Positions 23,766-36,050 of a DNA stretch of 37,737 nucleotides are shown here, one piece after another. Position 1 is the first letter of the stretch; the number at the start of each line of letters is the position of its first letter. Source of the DNA: Octopus bimaculoides (Eukaryota); the NCBI RefSeq assembly GCF_001194135.2, contig NC_068990.1, positions 55,279,263 to 55,316,999 on the forward strand. The letters are read 5' to 3'. The notes beneath the pieces are model-generated. The model was given only the letters and a program-made list of their open reading frames with translations. It was not told the origin of the DNA and made no database searches. The position numbers and the translations under genes were made by a program.

Positions 23766-24029
23766 GTGCTTATTATTAAAACATTTTACTTGCTTAACTG
23801 TTGAATCAAATGATGGAAGCATTATTCCACTTAGACTCCCCTCCCATGTGTGATATACTGAATTTTTATATTAAATTTAATAGAGCAGACTATCCAAACC
23901 ATGACCACCCCGCCTTTATTTATTTGGTCATTTCTAGCTGATCAAACAATTATGTAGATCTTGTTGACTCAAGATGTTGATAGGTACATGCATGCATACA
24001 TACATGTATTACATGATGGCCGTCCACTC

Positions 24030-24352
24030 GTGACCGAGGAAGACCATTGCTGACCTTCAGGAACATTGTGCGCTCTAGGACTAACTTATATTTTGCATTT
24101 GCAGCTCCATTGGTGGCTAATGAGCCCTGCNNNNNNNNNNACTAACTTATATTTTGCATTTGCAGCTCCATTGGTGGCTAATGAGCCCTGCTCTTGACAA
24201 GTATACACGACTGCAAACATTGCAGACCAAGCTTTCCCCATTCACTATACAAGCCGTGTGCATTCGCACAGCTTGCTTAAGTTTTTCATGCTGGATACGT
24301 GCTCTCTCAAAAGTGTCGATCCCATCCTTAACCTGCTTCCTCCATCTCCATG
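24030..24352 (-). mobile_element. RTE (BovB-like) LINE 3' end fragment
   Basis: The minus frame reads WRKQVKDGIDTFERARI...CNVCSRVYLSRAGLISHQ, resembling the C-terminal WR..V..G / CxxC...GL.SH motif of RTE/BovB ORFs. Confidence 0.7.
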
Positions 24353-24894
24353 TATTACATGCATACATACATACACCAGACAGTGACTCTCATGGCTTCT
24401 GATCTTAAGTGATTGGAAGTGTTATCAGGTACATTGTTTTGTCTTGGTATAAAAGATGGGCTACAGCAAACATTCTGCTCAATATTACAGATTTGCTTGA
24501 CCTCAACCAGTTGAGCATGTCCCTTAGTGGCTGATCACAAGCAGAAATAGTGGGGGAGCATCATAGCCATATGTTGAGAGGAATTCTTTGGGGGTTTAGA
24601 TAATTCATCTCTAGAAACATGGGCGTTTCATTCAACATACTTAAACCCTTATTCAGGGGCCTTTTGAGTGGGATGGGCTACTCAACCTGAAGAAAATTCC
24701 AGATGGGCCCCACCTGCAAGGTCATGCACTGTTTATCTTGATATGAGATCACTATGTCGCACACATATGGTTGTAATGCATGTGTCTGATGTACCCTTAT
24801 CAGTAGTCATGATGGGTATACTGGGCTTCATATACTTTACCCCAGTGTTACTTTGATGACATGCACTGCCCTCCCATACATAGAAAGAAAGACA

Positions 24895-25800
24895 GAAATG
24901 AATACATTCTATGCATACTCAAAAGTGAGAGTAACAAGATCTTCACAGTTGGAGAACTACTGTGCAGGTACTCTGAGAATACAACTGTCTCATGTGACCC
25001 AAAGGAAGCTGGACTGGCGTAACTAAACAGAAGCTTGGAGAAGCAGGCATCATACCATTAAAAAGCAATGCATGGATACATATCCTGTAAGCTAGAGAGC
25101 AACAAGAGTATTGACTGAAAGTGTAGCCTCTCCTGGACCTGCGATAGATACATCCCACTTAGAAGGATATGCCTTCACTGTGCAGGAACAGGGGGTAGCT
25201 ACTAAATACCTGATAAACAAGAAGGACAATGATACTACCAAACCACATTTTGATATAAAATGTCAATTCTGCTATGCCAAGATATCACCCACATGATCAG
25301 CAGCTGCCCTAAAATGTCTACAAGATACTACTTGCCATTGAGGCATGATATAGTTGCAGAAACTATTTACAATGCTATCTGGAGGAAGGACTGCCCCAAC
25401 ATATACATCCAAGGCATGTCAGAACCATTAGGTATTCACACCTTTAAAAACAAAGTACTGGTGGAACACACCCAGTAAAGACATATCAGTTCAATGCAAA
25501 CATAACAGACCTGTTCTGTGGGATAGGGGACAAAATTCATGAACTGTTGTAGAGGTCAGCAGCCCAACAGATGTGAATGTACAATCAAAAGTCCAGAAAA
25601 AAAGAGAGCATTTACAGTGAATTGATGTGGAACTTACTGCACTTGTACCCTGACTATGAATTCTCATTTGCACCTATCATCCTAGGCGCATTAGGTTACG
25701 GACCAACAAATTTGCTCAAAAACTTAGAAATACAGTTTCACAGAAGAGCAAAAGAAACCGACATGGATTCTCGAAATCCAATCTGTAAGTAGCACAGTGA
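24895..25800 (+). mobile_element. R4/Dong-like non-LTR retrotransposon 3' ORF remnant (zinc knuckle + restriction-like endonuclease)
   Basis: Broken frames encode MHGYI, LEGYAFTVQEQ, KCQFC...HMISSCPKM...RHDIVA (CCHC-like knuckle), a W.D...VEV.SP.D region, and KESIYSELMW...APIILGALG. These are typical of the R4-clade RLE domain. Confidence 0.8.
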
Positions 25801-26836
25801 AGATTTGTACATTTCAAAAATTCTCCACATAAGATCTTTATGTGCATAGATGCATTTGTCTGTTTTGGCATGGTTTCTACAGCTGGATGCCCTTCCTAAC
25901 ACTAACCACTTTATAGAGTGTACAGGATGCTTATTATGTGGTACCAGCACCAGTGCTTTTTATGTTGCACCAAGGCCAATCAGTACCTTGCAAGACTAGG
26001 AGGGTGCAAAGTGGTATTAAAGGAATGTGGCTTTGCGCTAGTTGAGAGATTTAAGGTATAGGAGGAGCAGATATAGGTGTCCTGCTGTAGAGTAGATACA
26101 TGGATGACCCAGCTGGAAAACGAAGGAGCCTAAGTTAGAGAGTGGTAAGCAGAATTCGATTTGGAAGCTTATGGGTGTATTTTGTGGAAGATTTAGTTAA
26201 TATGTCCAGCAGGTTGAACTGTGCGGTGATGCAGTACTAATAGGATATTACCAAGTGGACAGACCTAGCATGGTAGTCTTTTATTTAATTTAATTTTTTT
26301 TTTGACAGACAATGGATGACAGAATTCATTTTTAAGTCTCACTGAGAATCAAATTATATTTTTTATTCTCTGGGGGTATATCTAATATGATCTGGAGGCT
26401 GATACAATCAATTGATAACCTGAAAGTTGTAAATGAACATGATGATCATCATCATACAAGCAAAGCTGCCGTTTCCAGTCTCCCATGAAAAAAAAAGTCT
26501 AGTTTGGAAACGGGTTCAATTTCTTCCTGAGAAACGTACTTGAGTAAGCATATAATTTACTAAATTATCTTACCCAATTCAAGATGAGGAAACCATAGGT
26601 ATGTATATTAATACATTTTCTAACCAGTTGTAAACTTGTAAATGATCTACAGTTTTTTGAAACCCATTCTCATGTAGGAAATTATATTTGCATTTTATCC
26701 TTTTTTATTCTTTTAAAGTTAATTTTTTGTTTTTAAAACAAAAAAAATCTAAAAAACAACTAAGAGAAAAACAGTTATGGATATTTATATTTTATTGTTA
26801 GGGATATTTATATTTTATTCAAATGATAAATATACA

Positions 26837-27360
26837 TTAAAAGGAAAATGCTGCAGAAAATATTTTAGAACATCCTTTTTGGTTTCCAGCAAATGTCTTC
26901 TTTTCAAAACGGTTTGTTTCCCCTTCCTTTAATTTTGCTTTCTTTCTCTTTAAAATTTCTTCTTCTGTTTGTTTTTGATAAAAACCTTTGCCTTCAAAAT
27001 GAATGTCTGATGGCTTAGCCACTACTTTCTTTTTCCGTTTATCTTTAATTTTTTTTAAAGTTTCTGCTTTTTGGATGCTTTCAAGGCGAAAGTTTGCAGT
27101 GCGTTTAACTTTGGAATATTCTGCTTGTAGACGCATTTTATGTGCTGCTTTCTCAAATGCAAGACTTTCTCCAAGATGTCTCCAACGGAATTTACTTAAA
27201 TATTTGATATTCCAAACTTCTCCAGCCCATGGAGATCTGTGTTTACTTTGTACTTCCTGTCCATTTAGCAACTTGGCAGCCCGCTTTGCATGTTTCTTTT
27301 CTTTAAATTCAACCCAGCCTTCTTTGTAAATACGTGCTTTTTTACAAACTCGAGATTCCC
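26837..27360 (-). CDS. ABT1: ABT1/Esf2 homolog, last coding exon
   Basis: Acceptor tttattgcag|GG completes the phase-1 Gly codon. The exon reads ESRVCKKARIYKEGWVEFKEKKHAKRAAKLLNGQEV...WNIKYLSKFRWRHLGESLAFEK...RLQAEYSKVKRTANF, matching the ABT1 YTEGWVEF / WNLKYL / HLSEHLAFE motifs. Stop TAA at 26837-26839, with several AATAAA just downstream. Confidence 0.93.
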
Positions 27361-27764
27361 CTGCAATAAAGATAAAATTAAATCAATGCTACATATAATG
27401 TTTTGACAATTTCTTTTCATCGTTAAACTCTATTAAAATAGTGAAACCCACCTGTGCTTATGCCACATAAAAAGTACCCATGCTGGTGCTAAGTATAAAG
27501 TACTGGTGCTGGTACCACATATAAAGCACTGGTGATGGTGCCATGTAAAGTGTACCCAGTACACTGTACAGTGGTTGGTGTTATGAAGGACATCCAGCTG
27601 TAGAAACTATATCAAAACAGACAATTGAAACCTATTTTTCATGTTTGCATCATCAAACCTATATGTATACACAGGGTGCCTAAGATATTTGAGGACAGAT
27701 TTATATTTATACAAAAACAGATATATAATAATAGATAATAACTTTCATCATCATCATCATCATT

Positions 27765-27960
27765 TAACATCTGCTTTCCATGCTAGCACTGGTTGGACGA
27801 TTTGACTGAGGACTGGCGAACCAGATGGCTGCACTAGGCTCCAATCTGATCTGGCAGAGTTTCTACAGCTGGATGCCCTTCCTAACGCCAACCACTCCGA
27901 GAGTGTAGTGGGTGCTTTTACGTCCCACCGGCTCAAGGACCTGTCAGGCGGTACTGGCAA
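27765..27960. repeat. Abundant LINE-tail-like interspersed repeat
   Basis: (CAT)n TTTAAC..CTTTCCATGC...TTTCTACAGCTGGATGCCCTTCCTAACGCCAACCAC. Copies lie at about 15610-15850, 25860-26200 and 30160-30420 (same orientation), and 27440-27630 and 31150-31375 (opposite). The parent LINE was not identified. Confidence 0.75.
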
Positions 27961-28209
27961 TGACCACGCTAAAATATATACTGTGTACACAGTTGTGTTT
28001 GTGATATGTTTGTCCACCATTGTTTAAAAACAGGTATTGGCTTGTTTACATACCTGTAACTTAGTAGTTTGTCAAAAGAGAATGATAGAATAAGTACCCG
28101 ACTTTAAAAAATTCAAATAGCAGGGTAGAGATGTTTGACCAACCCTTCAAGGCTGTGCCTTAGCATGGCTACAGTCCAATTACTGAAAGAAGTTAAAAGA
28201 ATATTTTAC

Positions 28210-28417
28210 CATCAGCTTGTAGAAATACTCGTCCAATTTTTCCGCAACGGGAAAGATGCTCTTTTAATACTTTGACATTCATGAAACGAGGTATGCGACT
28301 CAAGTAGATAACACCTGAATCTGCTTCAGAAATCTGAGAGGGAAGGATTGTCTTTTTGGAAGCAGATTCATCTTTCTCTTCCTCATTTTGCTCAGTTTCA
28401 AGTGAATTGGATTCTTG
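28210..28417 (-). CDS. ABT1: Activator of basal transcription 1 / Esf2 homolog, internal coding exon (acidic region plus start of RRM-like domain)
   Basis: Translates QESNSLETEQNEEEKDESASKKTILPSQISEADSGVIYLSRIPRFMNVKVLKEHLSRCGKIGRVFLQAD, matching the ABT1/ESF2 GIVYLxxIP...GEVGRVFxQ motif. Acceptor is ttctttttcttttcag (AG at 28419-28418); donor is GATG|GTAAAA (phase 1). Confidence 0.9.
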
Positions 28418-28450
28418 CTGAAAAGAAAAAAGAATGTGAAGCACAATTAA

Positions 28451-29005
28451 CCCTTTAGCATTCACATTACTCTGTCGAATGTAATGCTTATTTATTCACA
28501 TTGTTTTAGATTCATCATGCATTATCTTCTAGCTTTGTCATTTCAATGGTGTGATTGTTTATTTTTAGAATGACATTATATAACTGGCACTCCATCAGTT
28601 ATAACAAGGGTTCCAGTTGATCCAATCAATGGAACAGCCGCCTGCTCATGAAATTAACATGCATGTGGCTGAACACTCCACAGACACGTGTATCCTTAAT
28701 GTAGTCCTCAGGGAGATTCAGCATGACACAGAGTGACAAGGCCGGCCCTTTGAAATAAAGATACTAGTCATTTTTGCCAGCTGAGTGAACTGGAGCAACT
28801 TGAAATAAAGTGTCTTGCTCAAGGACACAACGCATCACCAGGAATTGAACTCCTGACCTTACGTTCATGAGTCTGAATACCCTCACCTCTACGCCAATAC
28901 ACTTTCACTTGAATGACATTATAGAGTAGGCCAGACTACCTAATTTGAACATAAAATAGGTAGAATATATGAGCTGGATATGATCTGTTTAAATGTTAAT
29001 GAGTT
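28451..29005. mobile_element. piggyBac-like TTAA MITE interrupted by a SINE
   Basis: Starts TTAA|CCCTTTAGCATT and has a degenerate far end (AATGTTAATGAGTTGAA). It is homologous, in opposite orientation, to 29159-29370. Split by the SINE at 28581-28910. Confidence 0.7.
28581..28910 (-). mobile_element. tRNA-derived SINE with 13-bp TSD
   Basis: Its body is the reverse complement of the 3' part of the SINE at 17638-18008, with a different tRNA-like head. Flanked by GAATGACATTATA at 28568-28580 and 28911-28923. Confidence 0.8.
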
Positions 29006-29158
29006 GAACATTTTAGAGTCTAAAGAAATTTGAAACAAAAACATACTAATAAACACAAAATATTACTTTAGTCTGATTTTATCCATCAAACATTATGGAA
29101 ACAAAATTATTTATATATCACCATGAATAGGATTTGCATTCATCTGATTACTTCCTTA

Positions 29159-29370
29159 ACCCTTTAACATTTAAACCAGCCACATGTGGCCCAAATATTC
29201 CACCTGTTTTATGTTCAAACTGACCAGATCCAACCTCTCACACCTACCTACAATGTCATTCTAAGAACAAACAATCTCATCATCAAAATCTCAAAGCTAC
29301 AAGGTAATTCATGATTAATTCAAAACAATGTAAATAAATAAGCATTACATTAGGTATGAATGATAAAGGG
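29159..29370. mobile_element. piggyBac-like TTAA MITE
   Basis: TTAACCCTTTAACATTT ... AATGATAAAGGGTAAA termini; the internal sequence is shared with the 28451-29005 copy. Confidence 0.7.
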
Positions 29371-32300
29371 TAAAGTATTTTAAAAATAACAAACCTTCTT
29401 ACATCTGATAATTTAGTATTTCTGAATGCAATTTACTTAACTAGTATTTTATTGCCTATATTCCATGAACAGAACTGTATTAAGAACTGTACTATGGACT
29501 AAATAAAGAATTAAAAATGATAAGTTTTTACTTTTTTCTTCTTCAACATAAATCTTTATTTTATACATAAACGTATCTAAAAGTTTCAGAATTAATGAAT
29601 TTAACAAGCATCGCCGACTGCATAAATCCTTCTCATCTGGCTGTAAATAGTAAATAGTCAACTCTTTTAGACAAACTATAGTGCTTTGCTCAAATAACTT
29701 TCATCAAAAATACTAAACTGAATATTATGGAAAAGAAAAAATTCAGGATGTGATATAAAAACATGAAGGATTCTAAATAGTCACTCAACCCGATATAAAT
29801 AACAACCAGATCTCCCCCATATCATATCATATTCACAAAAAGAAAAAAGTCACACACGAAATAATTTGGTCCTAGATGCACCAAGTCTAATAAAGATGGG
29901 ACAGTCACAAGAGGAATACTCTTGATCATAGGTTTACATGATCAGAGCTGGCCTGGGGCTAAACAAGATATGATTAATTTATCTTGCACTCTTTGAAATA
30001 AATCATTAGTTTCTCGTTTGAAATCCAATCATGTTATAAGAATCTCTTCTCCACAGAGCAAGAGATGAGATATCATTTTCAAAATAGTTTATAATTGTTT
30101 TTATCAGATCCTGCCATAATCACTTGCAAACACCTACTTTATCATTGTCATCATCCTCCTCCTCCTTTAACGTTCATTTTCCATGCTGGCATGGGTTGAA
30201 CAGTTTGACTAGAACTGGCAGCCAGAGAGCTGCTCCAGGTACCAGTTTGATTTGGATTGGTTTCTACAGCTGAATGCGCTTCCGAATGCCAACCACTTTA
30301 CTGAGTGTGCTGGGTGCTTTTAACGTGGCACTGGCACGAGTGCTTTTATGTGGCACCAACATGAGTGCTTCATATATGGCACTGGCATGAGAGCTTTTTA
30401 CATGACACTGGCACAAAGCTCTTGCAGGCTAATCCTTTTCATCAGGGTGAGCTATCTTAATGTATTCACAATAATATTTATGCAAAGATAGTAAATCAAT
30501 TTCATAAAATTCAAAATGCTGTAGTGAGAACTTGATTTGGATAAAAACTATGATCCTATTAGGTTCACACATAGCTATACAGTTAAGTTCACAACCATGA
30601 GGTTGGGGGGTGGGGGTTTCGTCCCACCGCATCTTGAGCCAATGTCTTCAAATGCGGTTAAGAAGTTGAAATCATAACCATGAGGTTCTAAACCCAATTA
30701 CACAACCTTCAGTTAACCATAACTTGCTGAAAATTTTGTGCACCCACAGCCAAAATAATATATGGACAATGGCAAATGGATATAATCATCTACAGATTTA
30801 CCTTTAGAAACGATGCTTTTCCCCCTCCATATTTTAAAGAGGTCTCAGGCCAGCAGTGTTTGGGGTCTGAAAATATGCCATAGTGCTAAACACCTTATGA
30901 GCGAGAAACCCAGGGTAACCCCATAAACCAGCTTACCCCACTATTATATATATATATATATCAATGTCCTTTGAGGATATATAGTGACACATCGTTCTCT
31001 TTATCTAGTCCTCTAACTCACTCTCCTTTGTTTTCCAACTGGAGTACCCATGTATCTCTACAGCAAGACACCTATATCTGTCCCTTTTATATCGTAAATC
31101 TCTCAACTGGTACAAAGCCACACACCCTCAATACTACTCCCTACCTCTGTTGAGGGTTTTTTACTTGCGAGATACTTGTTGACCCTCTGGCTGATGGTGC
31201 CATGTAAGAATCACTGGTGATGGTGCCACATAAAAAACACCCAGTACACTTTGTAAAGTGGTTGGCGTTAAGAAGGGCCTCCAGCAGTAGAAACCATGTC
31301 AAAACAAAGTTGGAGCTTGGTGTGGCTCCTGTGAAACAGTCCAACCCATGCCAGCATGGAAAACATATATTAGATACCGATGATGAGTATATTTTCTATA
31401 TGCTGGTATACACTGGGTCACATTGTATATTTTCTTAGTAACTTTTAAATGTCTTATTTAACTAAATCACTCCAAGTCTTATATATTACTATTTAGCCAA
31501 AAGAGGAGTAGGGAAAGAATAGTAACAATGACGTATTAGGTTCTCTCATATGCACAGTATCCTCCGCTTATTGTTATCCAATATCACATCGCCTAACACA
31601 CGTTTATACATCAATGCAGACGCATAGCAACAACCAATTCTACAATCAATAACTGTTATCATTAACTATCATATTTTTGATACTGCATGTGTCAAATGGC
31701 CTCCACCTTTGCAACAATGAGCACGTGTGGTTTTTACAAACACCTTCTGTGGTTTCCTTTCGATTGTATTTCTTTTTTCTTACTGCGAGACACGAACCGG
31801 ATTTTTTTTTTTTTAACTCGGAACAATATGTTACTGAACTAGTTACATTAGATTATCTAGTTTGGTAGAACTATTATCTNNNNNNNNNNNNNNNNNNNNN
31901 NNNNNNNNNNNNNNNNNNNNNNNNNNNNNNNNNNNNNNNNNNNNNNNNNNNNNNNNNNNNNNNNNNNNNNNNNNNNNNNNNNNNNNNNNNNNNNNNNNNN
32001 NNNNNNNNNNNNNNNNNNNNNNNNNNNNNNNNNNNNNNNNNNNNNNNNNNNNNNNNNNNNNNNNNNNNNNNNNNNNNNNNNNNNNNNNNNNNNNNNNNNN
32101 NNNNNNNNNNNNNNNNNNNNNNNNNNNNNNNNNNNNNNNNNNNNNNNNNNNNNNNNNNNNNNNNNNNNNNNNNNNNNNNNNNNNNNNNNNNNNNNNNNNN
32201 NNNNNNNNNNNNNNNNNNNNNNNNNNNNNNNNNNNNNNNNNNNNNNNNNNNNNNNNNNNNNNNNNNNNNNNNNNNNNNNNNNNNNNNNNNNNNNNNNNNN

Positions 32301-32616
32301 NNNNNNNNNNNNNNNNNNNNNNNNNNNNNNNNNNNNNNNNNNNNNNNNNNNNNNNNNNNNNNNNNNNNNNNNNNNNNNNNNNNNNNNNNNNNNNNNNNNN
32401 NNNNNNNNNNNNNNNNNNNNNNNNNNNNNNNNNNNNNNNNNNNNNNNNNNNNNNNNNNNNNNNNNNNNNNNNNNNNNNNNNNNNNNNNNNNNNNNNNNNN
32501 NNNNNNNNNNNNNNNNNNNNNNNNNNNNNNNNNNNNNNNAACAGACAGGCAGACAGGCAGATACTTCACTAGCAGTGAGCACTTTCACTTCTGACAGCTA
32601 ATAGCATGACAGTGCC

Positions 32617-32847
32617 TTCAGCGTGACACAGTGTGACAAGACTGACTCTTTGAATTACAGGCACAACAGAAACAGGAAGTAAGAGGGAGAGAAAGTTGTG
32701 GTGAAAGAGTACAGCAGGGTTCGCCACCATCCCCTGCCGGAGCCTCGTGGAGCTTTAGGTGTTTTCGCTCAATAAACACTCACAACGCCCGGTCTGGGAA
32801 TCAAAACCGCGAGTCCGCTGCCCTAACCACTGGGCCATTGCGCCTCC
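32617..32847 (-). mobile_element. tRNA-derived SINE (5' part), same family as 17638-18008
   Basis: The reverse complement matches the head and body of the 17638 element almost base for base. Confidence 0.88.
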
Positions 32848-33261
32848 ACACAACACCGTATTGTACCCCTGAACCATTAACCCAAACTGTCATTCCTTCT
32901 GAAACTGACCCATGCATAAGTCACATTATCTTATATGATTTTAACCACATGCGACTTAGACACGGGACAATGCTAAAACTTTTGTTGTATGAATGCTATT
33001 TAACTACTGACAAATTACTTGCGATCGTTACCACCTTATTCTATGTTTGACTGAACTATAAGAGAAAGTGAAAAGGCAACATTTGCTTTTGAAGTGAGAG
33101 CAGAAAGTGAAAGATATATATGGACGTGTGTGAGTGTGTGTGCTCATGTATGTATTTTTTTTGCATGTGTGTGTAAGTGGCACTCACTCAGTCTCTCTCT
33201 GTCTCTCTCGCGCACACATTATCTTTCATATACAGACACATAAATACATATGATGATAATA

Positions 33262-33486
33262 CATTTGATGTGCTGCAGCATGCATTTGCTGTACTTGAGA
33301 AAATCTCATCTCCCTTCTGTATTGAGACTTCATCTGATGTGCTGCAGCGTGCATTTGCTGATCTAGAGAAAGTCTCATCTCCTTTCTTCCTTGGGATTCC
33401 ATTTGACATGCTGCAGCATGTGCTTGCTGATCTTGGAAAAGTCTCATCTCCCTTCTCTATTGAGACTCCATTTGACGTTCTGCATC
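33262..33486. repeat. 69-bp minisatellite, about 3.3 units
   Basis: Units start at 33262, 33331, 33400 and 33469 (CAT(T/C)TGA(T/C)..GCTGCAGC...TCTCATCTCC...GAGACT); no indels between units. Confidence 0.9.
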
Positions 33487-35184
33487 TTCCTTCTGTCTTG
33501 AGATTCTCGTCTTCAGTTTTCTACAATCCTCCTTGCTTTATACTTGTTTCTGGAGAGATTATATTGTTTCTTTGGTGACATATTTTTTCAATATTGTAAA
33601 CAAAAAATTATGAACATCTCTATTTTTATAAGCAGTTGTATGTATGTAGCTTGTCTTTGTTCTTGCATGCAGTATAAATTAACCAAATATATTTGAAAGT
33701 GAAAGAATATTATAGGCTTCTCATATTAGAATTAAAAATGGAAGAATAAAAATGAAACAGCATTATATCACATTACAATATAGATCATATTCTTTCACTT
33801 TTGACACGTCATACCAAACCTGTACCAATGTTATATTGTTTTTATCCAAATGAAAAAAAATTTACATGTTGACACTCACGGGGTCTGATACTATGACCTT
33901 GTAAAATTTGATTTGATTTGGTTGGGCCATTTCAGAATGATTAGGGAACAGAGAGACAGACAAAAATTTTTATATATATAGATAAGGAGCATATGCACAC
34001 ACACACACAAACTCTCTTTTATATATATAGATGAAGTAAGGCAATATACTTAGAACTTAAACAACAACACTATGTTGTGTATCTGCCACTTTAACAATTT
34101 AGGTTACCGACATATACATATAGTCACAATGAGGATATTTAAACCTTTTATAGGGATATTTTATCCAAGATATATATATATATATATATATATANNNNNN
34201 NNNNNNNNNNNNNNNNNNNNNNNNNNNNNNNNNNNNNNNNNNNNNNNNNNNNNNNNNNNNNNNNNNNNNNNNNNNNNNNNNNNNNNNNNNNNNNNNNNNN
34301 NNNNNNNNNNNNNNNNNNNNNNNNNNNNNNNNNNNNNNNNNNNNNNNNNNNNNNNNNNNNNNNNNNNNNNNNNNNNNNNNNNNNNNNNNNNNNNNNNNNN
34401 NNNNNNNNNNNNNNNNNNNNNNNNNNNNNNNNNNNNNNNNNNNNNNNNNNNNNNNNNNNNNNNNNNNNNNNNNNNNNNNNNNNNNNNNNNNNNNNNNNNN
34501 NNNNNNNNNNNNNNNNNNNNNNNNNNNNNNNNNNNNNNNNNNNNNNNNNNNNNNNNNNNNNNNNNNNNNNNNNNNNNNNNNNNNNNNNNNNNNNNNNNNN
34601 NNNNNNNNNNNNNNNNNNNNNNNNNNNNNNNNNNNNNNNNNNNNNNNNNNNNNNNNNNNNNNNNNNNNNNNNNNNNNNNNNNNNNNNNNNNNNNNNNNNN
34701 NNNNNNNNNNNNNNNNNNNNNNNNNNNNNNNNNNNNNNNNNNNNNNNNNNNNNNNNNNNNNNNNNNNNNNNNNNNNNNNNNNNNNNNNNNNNNNNNNNNN
34801 NNNNNNNNNNNNNNNNNNNNNNNNNNNNNNNNNNNNNNNNNNNNNNNNNNNNNNNNNNNNNNNNNNNNNNNNNNNNNNNNNNNNNNNNNNNNNNNNNNNN
34901 NNNNNNNNNNNNNNNNNNNNNNNNNNNNNNNNNNNNNNNNNNNNNNNNNNNNNNNNNNNNNNNNNNNNNNNNNNNNNNNNNNNNNNNNNNNNNNNNNNNN
35001 NNNNNNNNNNNNNNNNNNNNNNNNNNNNNNNNNNNNNNNNNNNNNNNNNNNNNNNNNNNNNNNNNNNNNNNNNNNNNNNNNNNNNNNNNNNNNNNNNNNN
35101 NNNNNNNNNNNNNNNNNNNNNNNNNNNNNNNNNNNNNNNNNNNNNNNNNNNNNNNNNNNNNNNNNNNNNNNNNNNNNNNNNNNN

Positions 35185-35259
<75 letters not shown>

Positions 35260-35261
35260 TA

Positions 35262-36050
35262 CAGGGTGCAATAGGTAAATTGTTGCCTTTTATAATTTTT
35301 AATTTCGCACATTGCTTGTTTTTGATTTTGTTGGCTACACAGTATAGTAGAGTCAGTTAGGCACCATCTGTAACAGAAACAGCACCATGATGCAATTCAT
35401 TCTGCCAGAAATTGGGAAATGACATGCTGTACTGCTTGGTATTCACACAGGAAGCTCCAGTATGAAGTGCTGGAAGCTCTATTCTGAACATGTACCAATA
35501 CGTACATGTGCCGAAAGTGATAAAAATCAAACATCCAGTCGACATCATAGTGTTTGGAGTGATCACTAGTGATGGCAATTTTATGCCTCCATTCATCTTC
35601 CCACACGGCCTCAAACTCAACATGGAGGTCTACATTTTGCCTGGAGGAGGTAGTGCTGCCCTGAGTCAAGAGGGTGGCTGCTAGAAGACCCTATGCCTGG
35701 CAACAGGAATTTGTACCATGCTACACAAGCAGAAGAACCCAGTCATGGCTGTCAGACAATTTCTGTGACCGCATCACCCCAAACATCTGGCCACCCAACT
35801 CCCCAGACTGCAACCCCCTTGATTTTTATGTTGGGCACAGTTGAGCAAGAGACCATTCAGAAGAGTTGCAGAAGATTCCAAAGTTGTCTGGAGGCTGTGG
35901 TTGAAGCCAATGGCAATTTTATTGAATAAATTTACTCTTTAGTATCTCAAGATTTTTTAATGTAATTTTGGTAAATATGTCTGTTAAAATGAGATATCAG
36001 TGTTGTTTTCATTTTTACGTAATTTAGATGACAGTTTATTCACCACTCTC
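35262..36050 (+). mobile_element. Tc1/mariner (DD37D/maT-like) transposon remnant
   Basis: TA|CAGGGTG left end. Broken frames give VPKVIKIKHPVDIIVFGVITSDGNFMPPFIFPHGLKLN and WPPNSPDCNPLDF (the mariner SPDLNPxDY motif). Internally deleted and frameshifted. Confidence 0.8.

Noticed and set aside
24077-24190. Duplicated ~50 bp across the 10-N gap at 24131-24140
   Set aside because: Same scaffolding artefact.
28418-28465. ORF-track start for ABT1 (MNAKGL...)
   Set aside because: It is a GTG inside the MITE terminus, upstream of a strong splice acceptor, so it is intronic.
2518-35312. Long ORFs made mainly of X residues (2518-3353, 6409-6828, 31857-32588, 34072-35312)
   Set aside because: They are open only because they run through N gaps and microsatellites.
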